Assembly: GCA_951406725.2 (NCBI GenBank)
Contig: OX597821.1
Location: 96,472,001-96,536,000 of the forward strand
Direction of reading: 5' to 3'
DNA: 64,000 nucleotides
DNA from: Octopus vulgaris
Lineage: Eukaryota
Below the pieces are notes generated by a model. That model was not told the origin of the DNA and made no database searches. It worked only from the letters and a program-made list of their open reading frames with translations. Position 1 is the first letter of the stretch; each line of letters begins with the position of its first letter. Of the stretch, positions 39,211 to 54,078 are shown piece by piece. Position numbers and translations under genes: made by a program.

Positions 39211-39221
39211 CATGAAGTTAC

Positions 39222-39518
39222 GTGACCGACCAGGCTATCAGATGTTGCTACACATCAGTGGTGGCAATGCGCTTCGCATTGTTTTAGCCTTCAAATGACG
39301 CCACCCCGTTGGCTAAGCGAGCAGGCCATCAGAAGAAAGCGTGAGAGAAATTTACGGCGAAAGAGTACAGCAGGAATGGCCACCACCCCTGCCTGAGCCT
39401 CGTGGAGCTTCAGATGTTTTCGCTCAATAAACACTCACAACACTCGATCTGGGAATCGAAACCTCGATCCTACGACAGCGATTTCGCTGCCCTAACCATT
39501 GGGCCATTGCGCCTCCAC
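39222..39518 (-). mobile_element. SINE, head A + tail Y
   Basis: Head as in 2160; tail (gaaggctaaaacaatgcgaagcgcattg) shared with 44030-44272. Confidence 0.85.
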
Positions 39519-40839
39519 CTATAAAAGATATATCGGTATATAAAACTGCATTGCGCAGCAAAGGATATCGATATTTTGAGTGGATATATCGTCTTTCTGC
39601 AGTAAAAGGGTTAAATCAATAACACCCTTCATCAAAGTATTTATAGCTTGAATTAAACTTGAATTAGATTGGTGGCTAACAGAATTAAGGATTAGAACAA
39701 CAAAATCAAAATGCTTTGTACTATTTAGTTGCATTTCTTTGCATTACATTCTGAGTCCAAATCCCATCGACATCAACTTTTTATTCTCCTGGAACCAATA
39801 CGATAAAGTACCAGTCATGAACTGGATTGATGGTATCAGCCAATCCCCTTCTCCCAAATTGCTAGACTTGTGCCTAAATCAGAAACAATATTTTTGGCAA
39901 CGCTGAATTTTATTTTTATATCTTTTGTTATTCTTTTTTTCTTTTTATGCGTTTCAAAACAAAAGGCTGTGGCCATGCTAAGGTACCACCACTAAATTAT
40001 GTATATTTCCAATCCCAACAGCACCTTTTTCCTTGCTCCTCCAAACGGATGAGAGGCAAAGTTATTTTGTTGATTCCGTTTTGTTCCATGTAAACTCCAC
40101 ACTTTCTGAGTTGTACTATGTGTTTTGATATTGTCCTCGACATTTGGCACCCTTGGGCCATATTACAGGAATCATCATCAGCAGCAGCATCATCATTATC
40201 TATTATTGGTGTTGTTGTTACGTTGGTGGATTGGCAGAACCATTGGGGTGTCAGAAGAGATATATTTGTGATTCTTTACATTCCGAGTTTAAATTTCACG
40301 TCTGTGAAATTTGATTTCGTCCCTGGTGGTCAGGATAAATGTGATTTGTGAGGTTTCTACCAGTAACCTTCAGAAGTTTTCCTCTTTTGAGTAATTACGA
40401 TTTGTATGATAATGTAGTGTTTAGGGGTTTCTGTTTATATTTCGAACTGAAATTTCGCCCATCATTCCCTGGCCAAATATATGTCTGTCAATTACTTTAT
40501 TCAATTAGGTCGGCAACACTATTCATCAATCCATTGCTGTCCACTATTTCTGGAAGGTTCGTGCTGACAGAGTCATCGGACCACCAAAACTGCTTTCATC
40601 AAAATATTTATGGCCTTTTGTTTAAATTAAGAACCATGATTAGGATGGTAGTTAGCGGAGTTAAGGTTTAGAACAGCAGACAAAATGCTTTGTGGTATTT
40701 AGTTGCATTCATTTACACACTGAGATCAAATCTCACTGAAGTCAGCTTTGCCATTATCCTTCAGAGCTCACTAACAAAAAATAGTATGCAAGTCTTCGGG
40801 TCATTATTTTTCATCAGTTGCTATCTTCCCTAAAATATA

Positions 40840-41047
40840 CTCTTTTACTTGTTTCAGTCATTTGACTGCGGCCATGCTGGAGCACCGCCTTTAGTCGAGC
40901 AAATCGACCCCGGGACTTATTCTTTGTAAGCCCAGTACTTATTCTTTTGGTCTCTTTTGCCGAACCGCTAAGTGACGGGGACGTAAACACACCAGCATCG
41001 GTTGTCAAGCAATGCTAGGGGGTACAAACACAGACACACAAACATAT

Positions 41048-41112
<65 letters not shown>

Positions 41113-41280
41113 TACGACAGGCTTTCTTTCAGTTTCCATCTACCAAATCCACTCACAAGGCATTGGTCGGCCCGAGGCTATAGTAGAAGACCCTTGCCCA
41201 AGATGTCACGCAGTGGGACTGAACCCGGAACCATGTGGTTGATAAGAAAGCTACTTACCACACAGCCACTCCTGCGCCTA
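40840..41280 (-). mobile_element. SINE family C, full length
   Basis: Reverse complement of 33248-33663. Confidence 0.92.
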
Positions 41281-41699
41281 CGTTGGATATCTTTTGTATA
41301 GTTGTTTGTGAGTAGCCGAGAAGCTTCACGGAATTTTATTTTTATTAGTGTCGGGGGCAGCTGGTCGTAAATGATGTTTATTGGAGGAGTGTGCACGTGA
41401 GCTTGATTGGAGTTCTTCAATGAAATCAATCACATAAGATGGAATCAACCGCATAAAAACAGTTGTATGACAACTGTCTCCTCTAGATAGTTGTTCAGTG
41501 TGTTGTACAGAGAAAGACCAGGCATAGATGGCATGGTGTTTCTCAGCTTATCAAACATCTAGAGCTCCTAATCCGCACATGCCTTTCCTGAATGCCGTTG
41601 ACTTGCAAGTCTAATCAGAGCATAAATGCATCAACGTATCTTTAGCCTCGGGGAGCTTCTGCAGGCAGTGGACACAGCCCCTTCTTCCAGAGCAGACGA

Positions 41700-41749
<50 letters not shown>

Positions 41750-42225
41750 ACGTGCGTATTTATGCGTGAAAATGCTGCTCTTTTTTTTTACTAAGATTCA
41801 AATGTGAAGAGTTATGGTGAGATAAATGATAGATCTAGGAATCATTGAAATATCTGCATTGATTGAGATAACAGTGAAAAGATACGAATGAATTGTTGAG
41901 ATATAAAAGAACAGACAATTGGATAATTATTTTTAAAGCGAAAATACACCCTCCTAACGCAAGATATCGATAATACTTTAAAAAGTGTTAACTCCTCATA
42001 CGAAATTTAGGGGGGAAAACACCGTAGACAACAAAATAAAAAAGAAAAATTAAACATTTATGAATTCTCTTATCTATATCACTCAACCGTTCGTTCTGTA
42101 GAATATTTTCCTGTGCTTTGTGAATCTTGTTATCTTCTGTTAAATTTTCGTAGCAATCCTTATATAGTTGAGGATTACTACGAAAATTTGCGAATGTTGA
42201 GCAATGACCAAAAGAGTACGATCGC

Positions 42226-42625
42226 AAATAGAAGCGATCAAAACTTAAAAACTGGGTTTTTTCGAAGGATCTCTGGAGTAACATTATGCAACAGGGTACA
42301 TGTATCGGAGATTAGGAAGTCTTACCGGGTCAGTTCTGTGCTTTTCCGCATCGAGAGGTTACAACCTCGGTACTACGGACATATGATTAGAAGGTTGCAG
42401 GAAAGAATCTCAAGAAGGATTCTTCAACCTGACCCAACGGGCTGGAGTCCTAGAAGTAGACCGTAGACTAGAAGGTTAGAGAATATCCAGGCTCAGGTGG
42501 TTTTGGCATTCAGTTGGAAAGTCTAATAGAGGGTTGCGTTTGATAGGACTCTCTGGAGGAGGTGCTTGAAGATTCTACGCCAAGACCCACCCAGGTACAG
42601 TAGACAGAGAAGCTCGATGGATACT
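42226..42625 (+). mobile_element. RTE-group LINE 3' fragment
   Basis: GFFRRISGVTLCNRVHVSEIRKS...RIERLQPRYYGHMIR...RISRRILQ...RSRP in ORF 42113-42466. Confidence 0.85.
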
Positions 42626-42788
42626 CAACAGCACGCTTCCCGCCCGCTTCTGGAAAATGTATGCATAATCAGCATTGCAATTATCCGCCACTTTTGTGCC
42701 CAAACATTTTTGTTATGAATACATACAGATATACATGTACACGTACCCAAAGTTTCTCTTGATAGATAAACTCAAAAGAAAGATTTAA

Positions 42789-42824
<36 letters not shown>

Positions 42825-42825
42825 C

Positions 42826-42880
<55 letters not shown>

Positions 42881-42916
42881 GTAATAATAATAATAATAAT
42901 AATAATGATAATAAAA

Positions 42917-43136
42917 GGTGACGAGTTGGCAGAATCGTTAGCATGCCGGGCGGAATGCTTAGCGGTATTTCGTCTGCCGCTACGTTCTGAGTTCAAATTC
43001 CGCCGAGGTCGACTTTGCCTTTCATCCTTTCGGCGTCGATAAATTAACTACCAGTTGGGTACTGGGGTCGATGTAATCGACTATCCTTCCCCACTCCCCA
43101 CCACGCAATTTCAGGCCTTCTGCCTATAGTAGAAAG

Positions 43137-43178
<42 letters not shown>

Positions 43179-43374
43179 GATGGCGAGTTGGCAAAAGCGT
43201 TTGCACGCTGGACGAAATGTCTAGCGATATTTCAACCGTGGCAACGTTCTGATTTCAAATTCTGCCAAAGTCGTCGTTGCCTTTCATCCTTTCGTACCCG
43301 TTGCGTACGGGGATCGATGTAATTGATTTAACTTCTACCCCAAACTTTCAGGCCTTGTGCCTATAGTAGAAAGA
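42917..43374 (+). mobile_element. Two tandem SINE family D copies (42917-43137, 43180-43374) within (AAT)n/(ATT)n
   Basis: Both have the head, the core and an (ATT)n tail. Confidence 0.9.
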
Positions 43375-43428
43375 GTTATCATTATTATTATTATTATTAT
43401 CATTTAATTATTATTATCACAACTTAAT

Positions 43429-43461
<33 letters not shown>

Positions 43462-44029
43462 AATAATAAAATGATAATAATAATAATAATAATGATGATT
43501 ATTATTATTATAATTATTATTATTATTGTTGTCATTAGGTTGTGCTGTATGCAGACTACTTATTTTGGTTAGACTTCATGTGCTTAAACGAACTACCTGT
43601 GAGAAAGTGAGTTGTTTGAAAACCATCGTGGCGCCATGGTGGTGTTGATGGTTTTGGTGGCGGCGGTGGTGGCGGCGGCGGCGGCGGCGGTGGGGATGAT
43701 GGTGATGGCGGCAGTGAAAGTGTGCATATACCACAACAACAAATTGGCACATAATCTAATTGATAAGTCATGGTGTTTGCCTTGCCTTGCATACATGATG
43801 TAGCCTTCTGCTATGATGTTTTGATTGATTATGTGAGAGGATTCAAACGTGGCCAGTCAGGGTGAATTGCGTCTCATTTGGTGTCTAATTAATTCATTCA
43901 TGTAGGTCAGACAATGTCCTCTGAAACGAGGCACAAATAAATTACAATTTCTGTGGAATTAACACCAGTTTCACATAGTGCGCACACGCGCGTATGTGTG
44001 TGTGCGCTCACCTGTGTGTATATTATTTT

Positions 44030-44272
44030 GAAGACGCGTGGCCTAGTGGTTAAGCGAACTACGCTCGCGATCGTGAGATTGCTGTTTCGATTCGCAGACC
44101 GTCTGCACATTGTATTCTTGAGCAAAATACTTCCATTTCGCGTTTCTCCAATTCACGAGCTTTCCGATCAGGGACAATGTTGACCTGTCTGCCTAGCCAG
44201 CAGGGTGACATCGTTGAAAAGCTAAAACAATGCAAAGCGCATTGTGACTAGCAATGTATAACGCTATCCGAT
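44030..44272 (+). mobile_element. SINE, head B + tail Y
   Basis: tgaagacgcgtggcctagtggtta head, ttcttgagcaaaatac and a gctaaaacaatgcaaagcgcattgtgac tail. Confidence 0.75.
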
Positions 44273-44291
44273 ATATATATATATATAGTGT

Positions 44292-44570
44292 GTGGAGGCA
44301 CATGGCCTAGTAGTTAGAGCAGCGGACTCGCGGTCGAGGGATCGCGGGCTAGAATCTCAGACCGGGCGATGTGTGTGTTTATGAGCGAAACACCTAAGCT
44401 CCACGCGGCTCCGGCAGAAGATAATGCCGAACTTCTGCTGACTCTTTCGCCACAACTTTCTCTCACTCTTACCTTCTGTATCTTGTAGCTCACCTGCGAC
44501 GAACCGGTGTCCCGTCTAGGTGGGGAACCAGACCTTATGAAACAGGCATGGCTTGAAAAGGAACAAACAA
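44292..44570 (+). mobile_element. SINE, head A-like + tail Z
   Basis: Head resembles 2160; tail cctgcgacgaaccggtgtcccgtctaggtgggga is shared with 31851. Confidence 0.82.
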
Positions 44571-45106
44571 TATATATATATAAGATGGAATAGATTTCTT
44601 GGTGACTAGTTGTGTTCTGCTTATTGTTAAATGTTTAGGGTGGTCAAGCATGGTTGTGGGGGGTTGAAAAGATCACTTGTCAACTACATGGTTGAGAGTA
44701 CGGTTCTGTTGAGCGAGCTGCACTTTGTCAACAATCCTGTACGATGGCTTTAAGTTACTAGTACATCGTGAGTGGAATTTGTTTGGTAGAAACTGTTAAG
44801 TGTATGTGTGTGTGCGTGTGTGTGTGCGTGTGTGTGCGTGTGCACGTATTAGTAAACCAAATTATTCCCTCGTACCTAGAGTGTTTGTACAATTGATTGG
44901 CGTCAACTAAACCAAATGATAAGTTTGAATTAAGGACGTTTCAGATTCACCAATGGTTATAGCTGACTGATACTAACACCACAAGGCATTTGGATACGAA
45001 GAAATTATCCAGTTTACTAATACATAAACATAACATCCTCTACACTCTTGTATCACTGATATTTATCGTACACATTACATTTTGATACAGAAGCAAATAT
45101 TAAGCA

Positions 45107-45338
45107 CACATCGGGTTGCAGAAAAATTTCTGGCTTTGGGTAAAAGAAAATATTGGAGGATCAATTAATTATGATTTTATTGAACATATTCTCAGATTCA
45201 AACACTTATTGGAGCGGTCCTTTATTTTTTCTCAGCCTTATAAAAGGACTCGGAATGTTAGGGTTCCAGCCAGGCCTTTTGCGACACTCTTAAAGCCAGG
45301 AACTTTTCAACACAACTTCGTGCATACATACATACATG

Positions 45339-45369
<31 letters not shown>

Positions 45370-45563
45370 GAAAACAAACAGATCTTTTCTGTTGAAGACC
45401 CCTGCATTATTTGCTCTGCAGTATAAAAGGACTCGGAATGTTAGGGTTCCAACCAGGCCTTTTGCGACACTCTTAAAGCCAGGAACTTTTCAATACCCCC
45501 TCGTGCATACATACATGCATACATACATACATACATACATACATACATACATACATACATACA

Positions 45564-45596
<33 letters not shown>

Positions 45597-45647
45597 GAAA
45601 ACAAACAGATCTTTTCTGTAGAAGACCCCTGCATTATTTGCTCTGCA
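45107..45647. mobile_element. Mariner-type MITE (45107-45322) whose right end plus flank is tandemly duplicated (units 45239-45421, 45422-45647)
   Basis: TIRs gcagaaaaatttctggcttt / aaagccaggaacttttcaa. The two units differ mainly in (TACA)n length. Confidence 0.75.
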
Positions 45648-46124
45648 TTGAATTAAAAGACTCTTCGCTGTCAGAAAGACAGTGATCGATTGGAAATATC
45701 TAATCAAACAATTTTTCTACCGTTGGGATATAAAATATATAATCTATCTTTTGATGGCTACTCCATATGCTTCATTATTTGTTTTGTACATGGGAGATAG
45801 TAGGGTACCCTAGAATAGGGTGCCCAAGAATAGGCATGACGCGTTGTGTGGAAGGATTGGAAACAAACTTTGATATGAAGTAATTCAATCTGAGAGACAG
45901 ATTTAGCCGATCGTTGCAACAAGTATTATTGCCAACAGGAACTTGTTGCTTTACCCTTAACAGCAAACCAACTGCTGGAAATTTGGTCTCACTGGCGAGA
46001 GAAATGCATATAATCAATAAATGAAGAAGCGAATGTGAAAAGTATTGAATTTCTTTATTTTTATGTACAGCAGTTGTTTTAAATCATTTTTGTTTTGCTC
46101 ATTTTAGTTTTAAACTTAACATGG

Positions 46125-46265
46125 CTGTATGGTTACGAAGCTCGCTTAAACCACGTGGTTTTTGCTTTTGGGTTCGTTCATTTGCGTTGCACTTTGGAAA
46201 GGTGCCTCCAGACTTACCAATGCCTTGTGAGTGTAGTAGACGGAAACTGTGTGGAAGCCCGTCGT

Positions 46266-46319
<54 letters not shown>

Positions 46320-46502
46320 TGGCGATTGTCCTGCCCAACCACTTAATAACCGGTGTTGGTTTGCTTTCTTCCGCATAATCTAGCGTTTCGGTAAAGGAAT
46401 ACCAGACTTTAAACAAAACAAAAATGTACTGGAGTCGAATTGTTTGACTAAATCTTTCAAAGCGGTACTCCAGTATGGCCACATGATGGCACAAGTGAAA
46501 GA
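46125..46502 (+). mobile_element. SINE family C, degenerate
   Basis: gtagacggaaactgtgtggaagcccgtcg, (TA)(TG) and gcggtactccagtatggcc. Further fragments lie at 47295-47430, 47465-47555 and 47650-47845. Confidence 0.75.
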
Positions 46503-46568
46503 TTATCATCATCATCATCATCATCATTATTATTATTATTATTGTTATTATTATTATAATGATTATTA

Positions 46569-46603
<35 letters not shown>

Positions 46604-47431
46604 GAAATCATAATTATAATGTGTTGCACTGATTGAGTGCAATCAATGTATAAGAAATTGCTACAGTATTTACATTCCACATAGTAAAAGTATTGTGACC
46701 TTTTCAGAATTGTGGATAACACGATCACGTGATCATGTAGACTCAGTAATACATATATGTGTGTGTTTGTTAGTGTGTATGTGTGTGTGTGTGTGTGTGC
46801 GTGCGTGCGTGTTGACTTTTGGACAAAAAGTAAAACATACATGCGCATACACATATATAATATAAAATATTTTTCCTGACAGGCTAATTCAAAGATTAGG
46901 ATTATGACAAATGTCTGTATGAAAGGAATAAAATGTAAAGATAGATATCAGAATATACAACCGGGAAAATGATGCATGTACACACACAAACACACACACA
47001 CATACACACATGCACATAACGTACATATATTTGCATATAAATATTTATAGACACACACATATAAATATAAATAAATATGTGTGTGAATACACCCGCACAG
47101 ATATATATATATATGTGTGTGTGTGTGTGTATTCATACACATATATATTTATATTTATATGCGTGTATATATATATATATATATATATATATGTTTGTGT
47201 AAGCATGTGTGTATGTGTATATTTGCCTCTGTGTGTGTGTATGTATATGTATCATTTTCCCGGAAGTACATCCTTGTATCTATCGTTACATATGACTGGT
47301 TTCTTTCAGGTTCCGCCCACTAAATCCATTCCCTAGACTTTAATTAGCCCGGAGTGCCGCACAGTGGGACTAAACTTAAGACTGCATGGATGGGAAATAA
47401 GCTGTTTACCACAAAGCCACGCCTGCACCTA

Positions 47432-47464
<33 letters not shown>

Positions 47465-47853
47465 CTTTTATTTGTCTCAGTCATTTAACTGCGGCCATGC
47501 TGAAGCACCAACATTAGTCGAACGAATCGACCCCAGGACTTATTCTTTGTAAGCCTTATACTCATATATATATATATATACTTATATATATACTTATAGT
47601 CATATATATATATATATATATATATCCACACACATATATATATGCCTGTGTATCGACCGCCACCAATGCTTGACAACAGGTGTTGGTTTGTTTGTGTTCC
47701 GTAGCATAGTGTTTCGATAAACGAGACCGATAGAATAAATAGCAAGCTTTATAAAAATAAGTACCTGTGTCGATTTGTTCGACTAAACCCTTCAAGTCGG
47801 TGATCCAGCATGGCCGCAGTCCAAAGACTGAAACCAGCAAAAGATAACATATA

Positions 47854-47907
<54 letters not shown>

Positions 47908-49240
47908 CGTGTAGGTTAGTAGTGTGTAGGTAGGCACGCATATAGGAAGACTGGAGGCTTATAATTTATTGTCATCAAATATCTGCAACCTTGTGGGCAG
48001 CGAGTAAAGTAATGTGCCAGGAATGTTGTTTATTCTTGGGTCAGCTCCATTCAAATCTCATTCCGATAGTGACCAACCCGTCGTACATATACGTTATTCA
48101 AACACAGTTTGTCTAAGGTTACACTGTCACATTATCCTACGTGTCCTTCTTTTAAAACGATCTATTTTACGATGTGTTATTGCTAGTAGTCGTGCGAGTA
48201 TGTAGATGCAACTTCGTTGTGGTTTGCGTAAATGCTATAGAATCGTCTGGTAAGTGATTGCGCTGACATGATGATAAGAGTGAAATTGGTGTGATTTAGA
48301 GAGACACAGTTAAGCGAACATGGTCTGTAGTTGACGCTGAACTGCAGGTCAACTGCAATCGCGCAGACCTATAATTAAAGGCAACCCAACTAGGATCATC
48401 TCTTTTTTTTTTCCACCTTTTTTTATAGTGTAAGTAGGATTACATTATCTCATGCTTTGTTTCCTTGTTTCAAACGGAAACGTATGTTACGAAGGATATT
48501 TGGCTACTATTTTTAGCAGATTGAGCTGCAGCGTAGAGACAACCCTGTCGTCTTGACGAATTAAGTGGTGAAGAGAAAGCTGGAGCAGATAAATATAAAG
48601 AATGATGAAGAGAAATTTAGAATCATAATAGATAATTAATTATTATGTTTAAGATAGAAAAGATTGGCTGATTAAAGGTAAAATTTGAAGTTACGTAGGA
48701 ATGTCGAAAATATGAAACAAGGTGAGTGGAAATTGAACGAAAGAAAAATATTCAATTTTCACGGAATAATTTATTATTAAGATATATAACCATCGTGGGT
48801 GGTTATATGTTGAGGGGGCTATACAAAATATATGTCTACAGTAATATATTAAAATAGTTCATTTGAAAATATATTAGTGATGACAAGAGAGGATTCTGGC
48901 ATCACATCTTCGTTTGTGTGATGACTAGCGATGCCATGTGCCTTCTTACCGTTCGTTCCCCCAGACATCTCAATGATTTTTATACTAGTCATAACAACGT
49001 AAATCTGTTAAGGAGCGGCAAAGTAAAACGCGTGAAAAGGGGAAAAAAAATGGGGGTTTTATTTAAGAGGATTACATTTAGCGTAATGGTTACATGGTGA
49101 CAAACGGCGACAGGCGGGAGAATGTCAATAGAAGATATAAATGTAAACAACATTACAAAACAACGATGTGTGGATCTTCCTTCGATGGCGTTTATAAAAG
49201 GCGTCGTAACAAGTAAAACTTATTAAGAAATATTATGAAT

Positions 49241-49460
49241 AATAATGATTTAAATTTTGGCACAAGGCCGGCAAGCTCGGAGGAGGGGTATCAGTCGATT
49301 ACATCGACTTCACTTTTCAAATGGTACTTAATTTATCGACCCCGAAAGGATAGTAGGCAAAGTCGGCCCCAGCGAAATTTGAGCTCATAGCGTAAAGACG
49401 GACAAAATGCCGCTAAGCATTTCCCCCGGCGTGTTCACGATTCTGCCAGCGCGCCGCCTT
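49241..49460 (-). mobile_element. SINE family D
   Basis: Full head and core, with TSD aatattatgaat (49229-49240, 49461-49472). Confidence 0.88.
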
Positions 49461-50033
49461 AATATTATGAATGATAATAAGATATAAAGTAAAATGGATG
49501 ACCAAGTATGAGTAAAATTTATAGGTTAGTTTTATTGTTTATCCCTAGATTAGTCCTGGTTCAACAATCCCTAGATCAAGAAAGATCCAGATATGAGGAT
49601 CCCATATTTTTCTCATGTATGATGCATATAATGTATATACGACTTATTATTCGATGGTTGTCTTATTTTATTTTTATCATTATTTTCTTACATTCTTTCT
49701 TTATGCGATAGTGGAGACCTGATTTAAGAAAGATTTGGCTGCTATTTCAAGTAGATTGATCAAATACGTAGTTTGTTAAAAAAATAGTTTGTTGAGAAAT
49801 AGTACATGGAGTTTTCAAAAGGTTGGCAGGTGATGTGATGTGACAAATACGAGATGTGAGCAGACGACTTTATAAACATAGTAGTGGGTAGAAACAGATG
49901 TCAAATCTAAAAAAAATAAAGAAAAAGGTAGAAAAACTAGTGACTTTATCGTTGTTGTTTTAGTCTGCGGTGCCCTTGATGAAGCAAACCTACTATCGAA
50001 GGAGTTCCAATCATGCACAGGCTATCTCTTCAA

Positions 50034-50079
<46 letters not shown>

Positions 50080-50296
50080 GAGCGTGTGCATGTGTGTGTA
50101 TATGTGTGTGTGATTACGTTGACAGCCATATTTTTCTTAGTGATCAGGGTGTTATTTGAGGGAGATTTAGCTGATATCTCTAACAGTTTGGGCGACCAGG
50201 TAGAGGGTCTTTCGTTGGTTTATCCATTTGCAAGTTTCTAAAACAACAAGCAATAACTACTGAAAATTGAAAGCTAGCTTATACACATATACATAC

Positions 50297-50358
<62 letters not shown>

Positions 50359-51378
50359 TTATTTATGTATGTATGTATGCATGTATATGTATAAACTAGA
50401 TTTCAATTAATTTCTGAAAGATAGTTACTACTGAAAATAGAATTTAGTTTAATAACGGAATCTGATGAAATTAGTGATATGCCACATCGAGAATATCACG
50501 AATTAACGAGCCTACATGGTCATTCGAGATGCTAAAAATAGCAGCTAATATGTCTTAAATTACACCCCGCCATCTTAGAAAAGGGTAAGATGCATAGTGT
50601 GATATTGGAGTTTCTTGTTCGAAAGAAGAAAAAAAAAACATGATGGTCACGGATGCAATGCTTTTAATCATGTCTGCTCGATCAAGTTTGATCGGGGCTA
50701 AAAAGCAACAACAACAACAACAACAACGGCATTCGTTTGCATTTGTATAGAAGATACGAAAGAAGAAAACGGAGTTCCTGAAATTACAGAATGCACACGC
50801 ATGGTCACACGACGTGCTAGAAATAGCAGCCGAATATGTCTGAGGCATCATAGTCTGACGTAAATAAGAAAGCGATGTAACGGGCAATGTAGTTCGCTTC
50901 ATAAATAAATTAAAAACGTAGCGTGGTCACGGCTGAATCATGTTCAATCACAGATCTATCTGATAGACTAAGTAAAGAAACAACCACACCAACTGTAACA
51001 CAACGACAACAGATAAGAAACGTTAATAAAGAGGACAAACCTACGATTGAAATAGTAGGTGTGAGCAAAAGAAAGGCCAGTGAGTCAGTAATCAGACTGA
51101 GTCACCTGAAAAACGATTCTCACGTTTACTACATTATGACAGCCTGTTGACAAAGAAGAAGCAGTCACCTGATGATGCTGGTGGCTGCTATGATGGTGAT
51201 AGTGATGGCGATCGACTGAGACAGGTTATGTCACTCTGTAGCAAGATTAGTTGAATGATTAACAACTGTAGATGAAACCAAGAGCTGTTGTATGTGTAAT
51301 GTTAAGAGGCTGCGTTAATAATATAAGCTAGCGTTATCTGCCTTTCACTAGAATATAACCTACTACTTCACACCTATA

Positions 51379-51426
<48 letters not shown>

Positions 51427-51489
51427 CATACTTTTACACATATATACATATACATACATACTTTTACACATATATACATATACATACAT

Positions 51490-51556
<67 letters not shown>

Positions 51557-51686
51557 CATACATATATATATATATATATGTATATACATATATATATATA
51601 TAAATGAAAGTGTATGTTTACATGTATAAATACATCATACGAGCAAATATACATACATACACGCGTCTGTGTATGTATATATATAA

Positions 51687-51745
<59 letters not shown>

Positions 51746-52448
51746 GAGAGAGGTGGGGAAAGATATGTGTGTGTTGACCATCCCCAGTTATAACAATGTA
51801 ATAAAAAAAAATTTACAGTAATCAGACGGGTTAGTCTATACTTGTACGTATGTAAGTATGTATATATTTTGTATGCATGTATGTATATATATGTAATTAT
51901 TTGGTTTAGTTCAAGATTTCTTGCCAGAGGGGAAAGACCCGGTTTCTGACCTAGATCCAAGACTCCTTTGTTGGATTTTCAACATCAATAGGGTTTTTTT
52001 TTATGTATCAAGGCATATGAGCAGATTTCTATGTTTTGTTTACAGTATATATTTTCATTCATATAGTTGCATGTCTGTCTGTCTGTCTATATGTTTGCAT
52101 GTAGGTACGTATGTGTGTATGTATGTATGTATGTATGTATGTGTGTATGTATGTATGTATGTATGTATGTATGTATGTATGTATGTATGTATGTATGTAT
52201 GTATGTATGTATGTATGTATGTATGTATGTATGTATGTATGTATGTATGTATGTATGTATGTATGTATGTATGTATGCATGCAGGCAGGCATTGTTGACG
52301 TCATAAGAATTTACAAGCTTTCGAGGGTACGTGAGAGTAATTCTAATTTGGAACGATGAATCTCGAATCAGATAAAGCTATAGATAATAGAGTGTAAATT
52401 TCGGGTTGAAAACCATTTTGATAGAAGGCTGCTCGTTCCATAACAGGA

Positions 52449-52479
<31 letters not shown>

Positions 52480-52589
52480 TGTATGTATGTATGTATGTAT
52501 GTATGCATGCATCGATGTATGGATGGATGGATGGATGCATACTTTTATTTTTAAAATCTTCAATGGTTTTAGACATAGAGTTACGCCTA

Positions 52590-52648
<59 letters not shown>

Positions 52649-53152
52649 GCGTGCATGTGTGTGTGTGCGCGCGTGTGTGAGTATTTAAAAACGTAAATAT
52701 TGACACATAAGCATACAAATTGACCGACACATACACATTATAATCACGGAAATTATCATCGACCGTTTATTGTTATCGAAAGCCCTTTTTTCCAAAGTGA
52801 TCTGAACAAAATGATTCCGCTGTATGTATATATGTATGTATGTATGTGTATGCGTGTATACATACATACATATATACACCTGTCTATCTATCTATCTATC
52901 TATCTATAAGGGCTTCTGCATAGTTTCCGTCCACCAAATTTCACGCACAACGCGTCTGTTAAATCGAGAATAGAGAAAAGTGCACGTGTCTAATAGAATC
53001 GAACGCTGAAACACTTGGTCGCAAAGCAAACTTGTTGACAAACCAGCTCACGGGCATGCACGAGCGTATATTTGAATCTTCGCAGATTAATATATACATT
53101 CATTCATACATACATACGTTAATAGTGGCTTACAAACCTATGAAATTATATG

Positions 53153-53196
<44 letters not shown>

Positions 53197-53297
53197 CGTA
53201 AAAGACTTTTTCATCTCCTGTTTGTTTTCTACACCACCTGTCTTCGTCTTTTGTTTTTTTTTTCGTGAATTTTCCCTATATATATATATATATATCA

Positions 53298-53722
53298 TGT
53301 TTTACTTATTTCAGTCATTAGACTGCGATCATGCACCGGCTTGAAAATTTTTTAATCGAATGAACCTAGTACTTATTCTATCGGTTCTTTGGTCGAACCG
53401 CTAAGTTTCGAAAACATAAACACATCAACAGCAGTTGTCAGGCGGTTGTGGTGCAGACGAACACACACACACAAACACACACATATGGTGAGGGACGAAT
53501 ATACACACACATCTATCAATCTATCTATCTATCCATCTATCTGTCTATCTATTTATACGATGGGCTTCTTTGAGAGTCCGTCTACCAAAAGCCATTTACA
53601 AGGATTTGGTCTGCTCGAGGTCATAGTATAAGACACTTCTCCAATATGCCACGCAGTGGGACTGAACCCTTAGACATGTGATTGAGAAGCAAGCTTTTTG
53701 CCACACACCCACGTCTGCGCCT
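53298..53722 (-). mobile_element. SINE family C, degenerate
   Basis: gccacgcagtgggactgaaccc head with internal (CA)/(TCTA) repeats. Confidence 0.75.
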
Positions 53723-53877
53723 AACTGTGTGTGTATGTGTGTGTGTGTGTGTGTGTGTATTGATGGTTCTCCGTCAGTATCGAAGATGAAAATTGAGGTT
53801 TTCGATTAAATGGATTACCTGCTCATTGAATTAGCATGCAAATAACTGAGCATCCGCAAACACGTGTACCCTTAATC

Positions 53878-54078
53878 CAGTGCTTTTCAAACTTTTTGCT
53901 GGAGCGGAACCCCAAGGAGACATTCCACTGGCTCGAGGAACTCCTGTGCAATAATTTAATAGTCTTATGCACACATATCTGCACAGGAGAATTGAAAATT
54001 ACTGCCGATTTTAGCAGTTTTGTAACTTCTTGCGGAACCCCTGGACTGTCCTGGCGGAACCCTGGTTGAAAACCACTG
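53878..54078. mobile_element. hAT-superfamily MITE, 201 bp
   Basis: TIRs cagtgcttttcaa / ttgaaaaccactg and a perfect 8-bp TSD ccttaatc (53870-53877, 54079-54086). It is inserted into an old minus-strand tail-X SINE. Confidence 0.93.
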
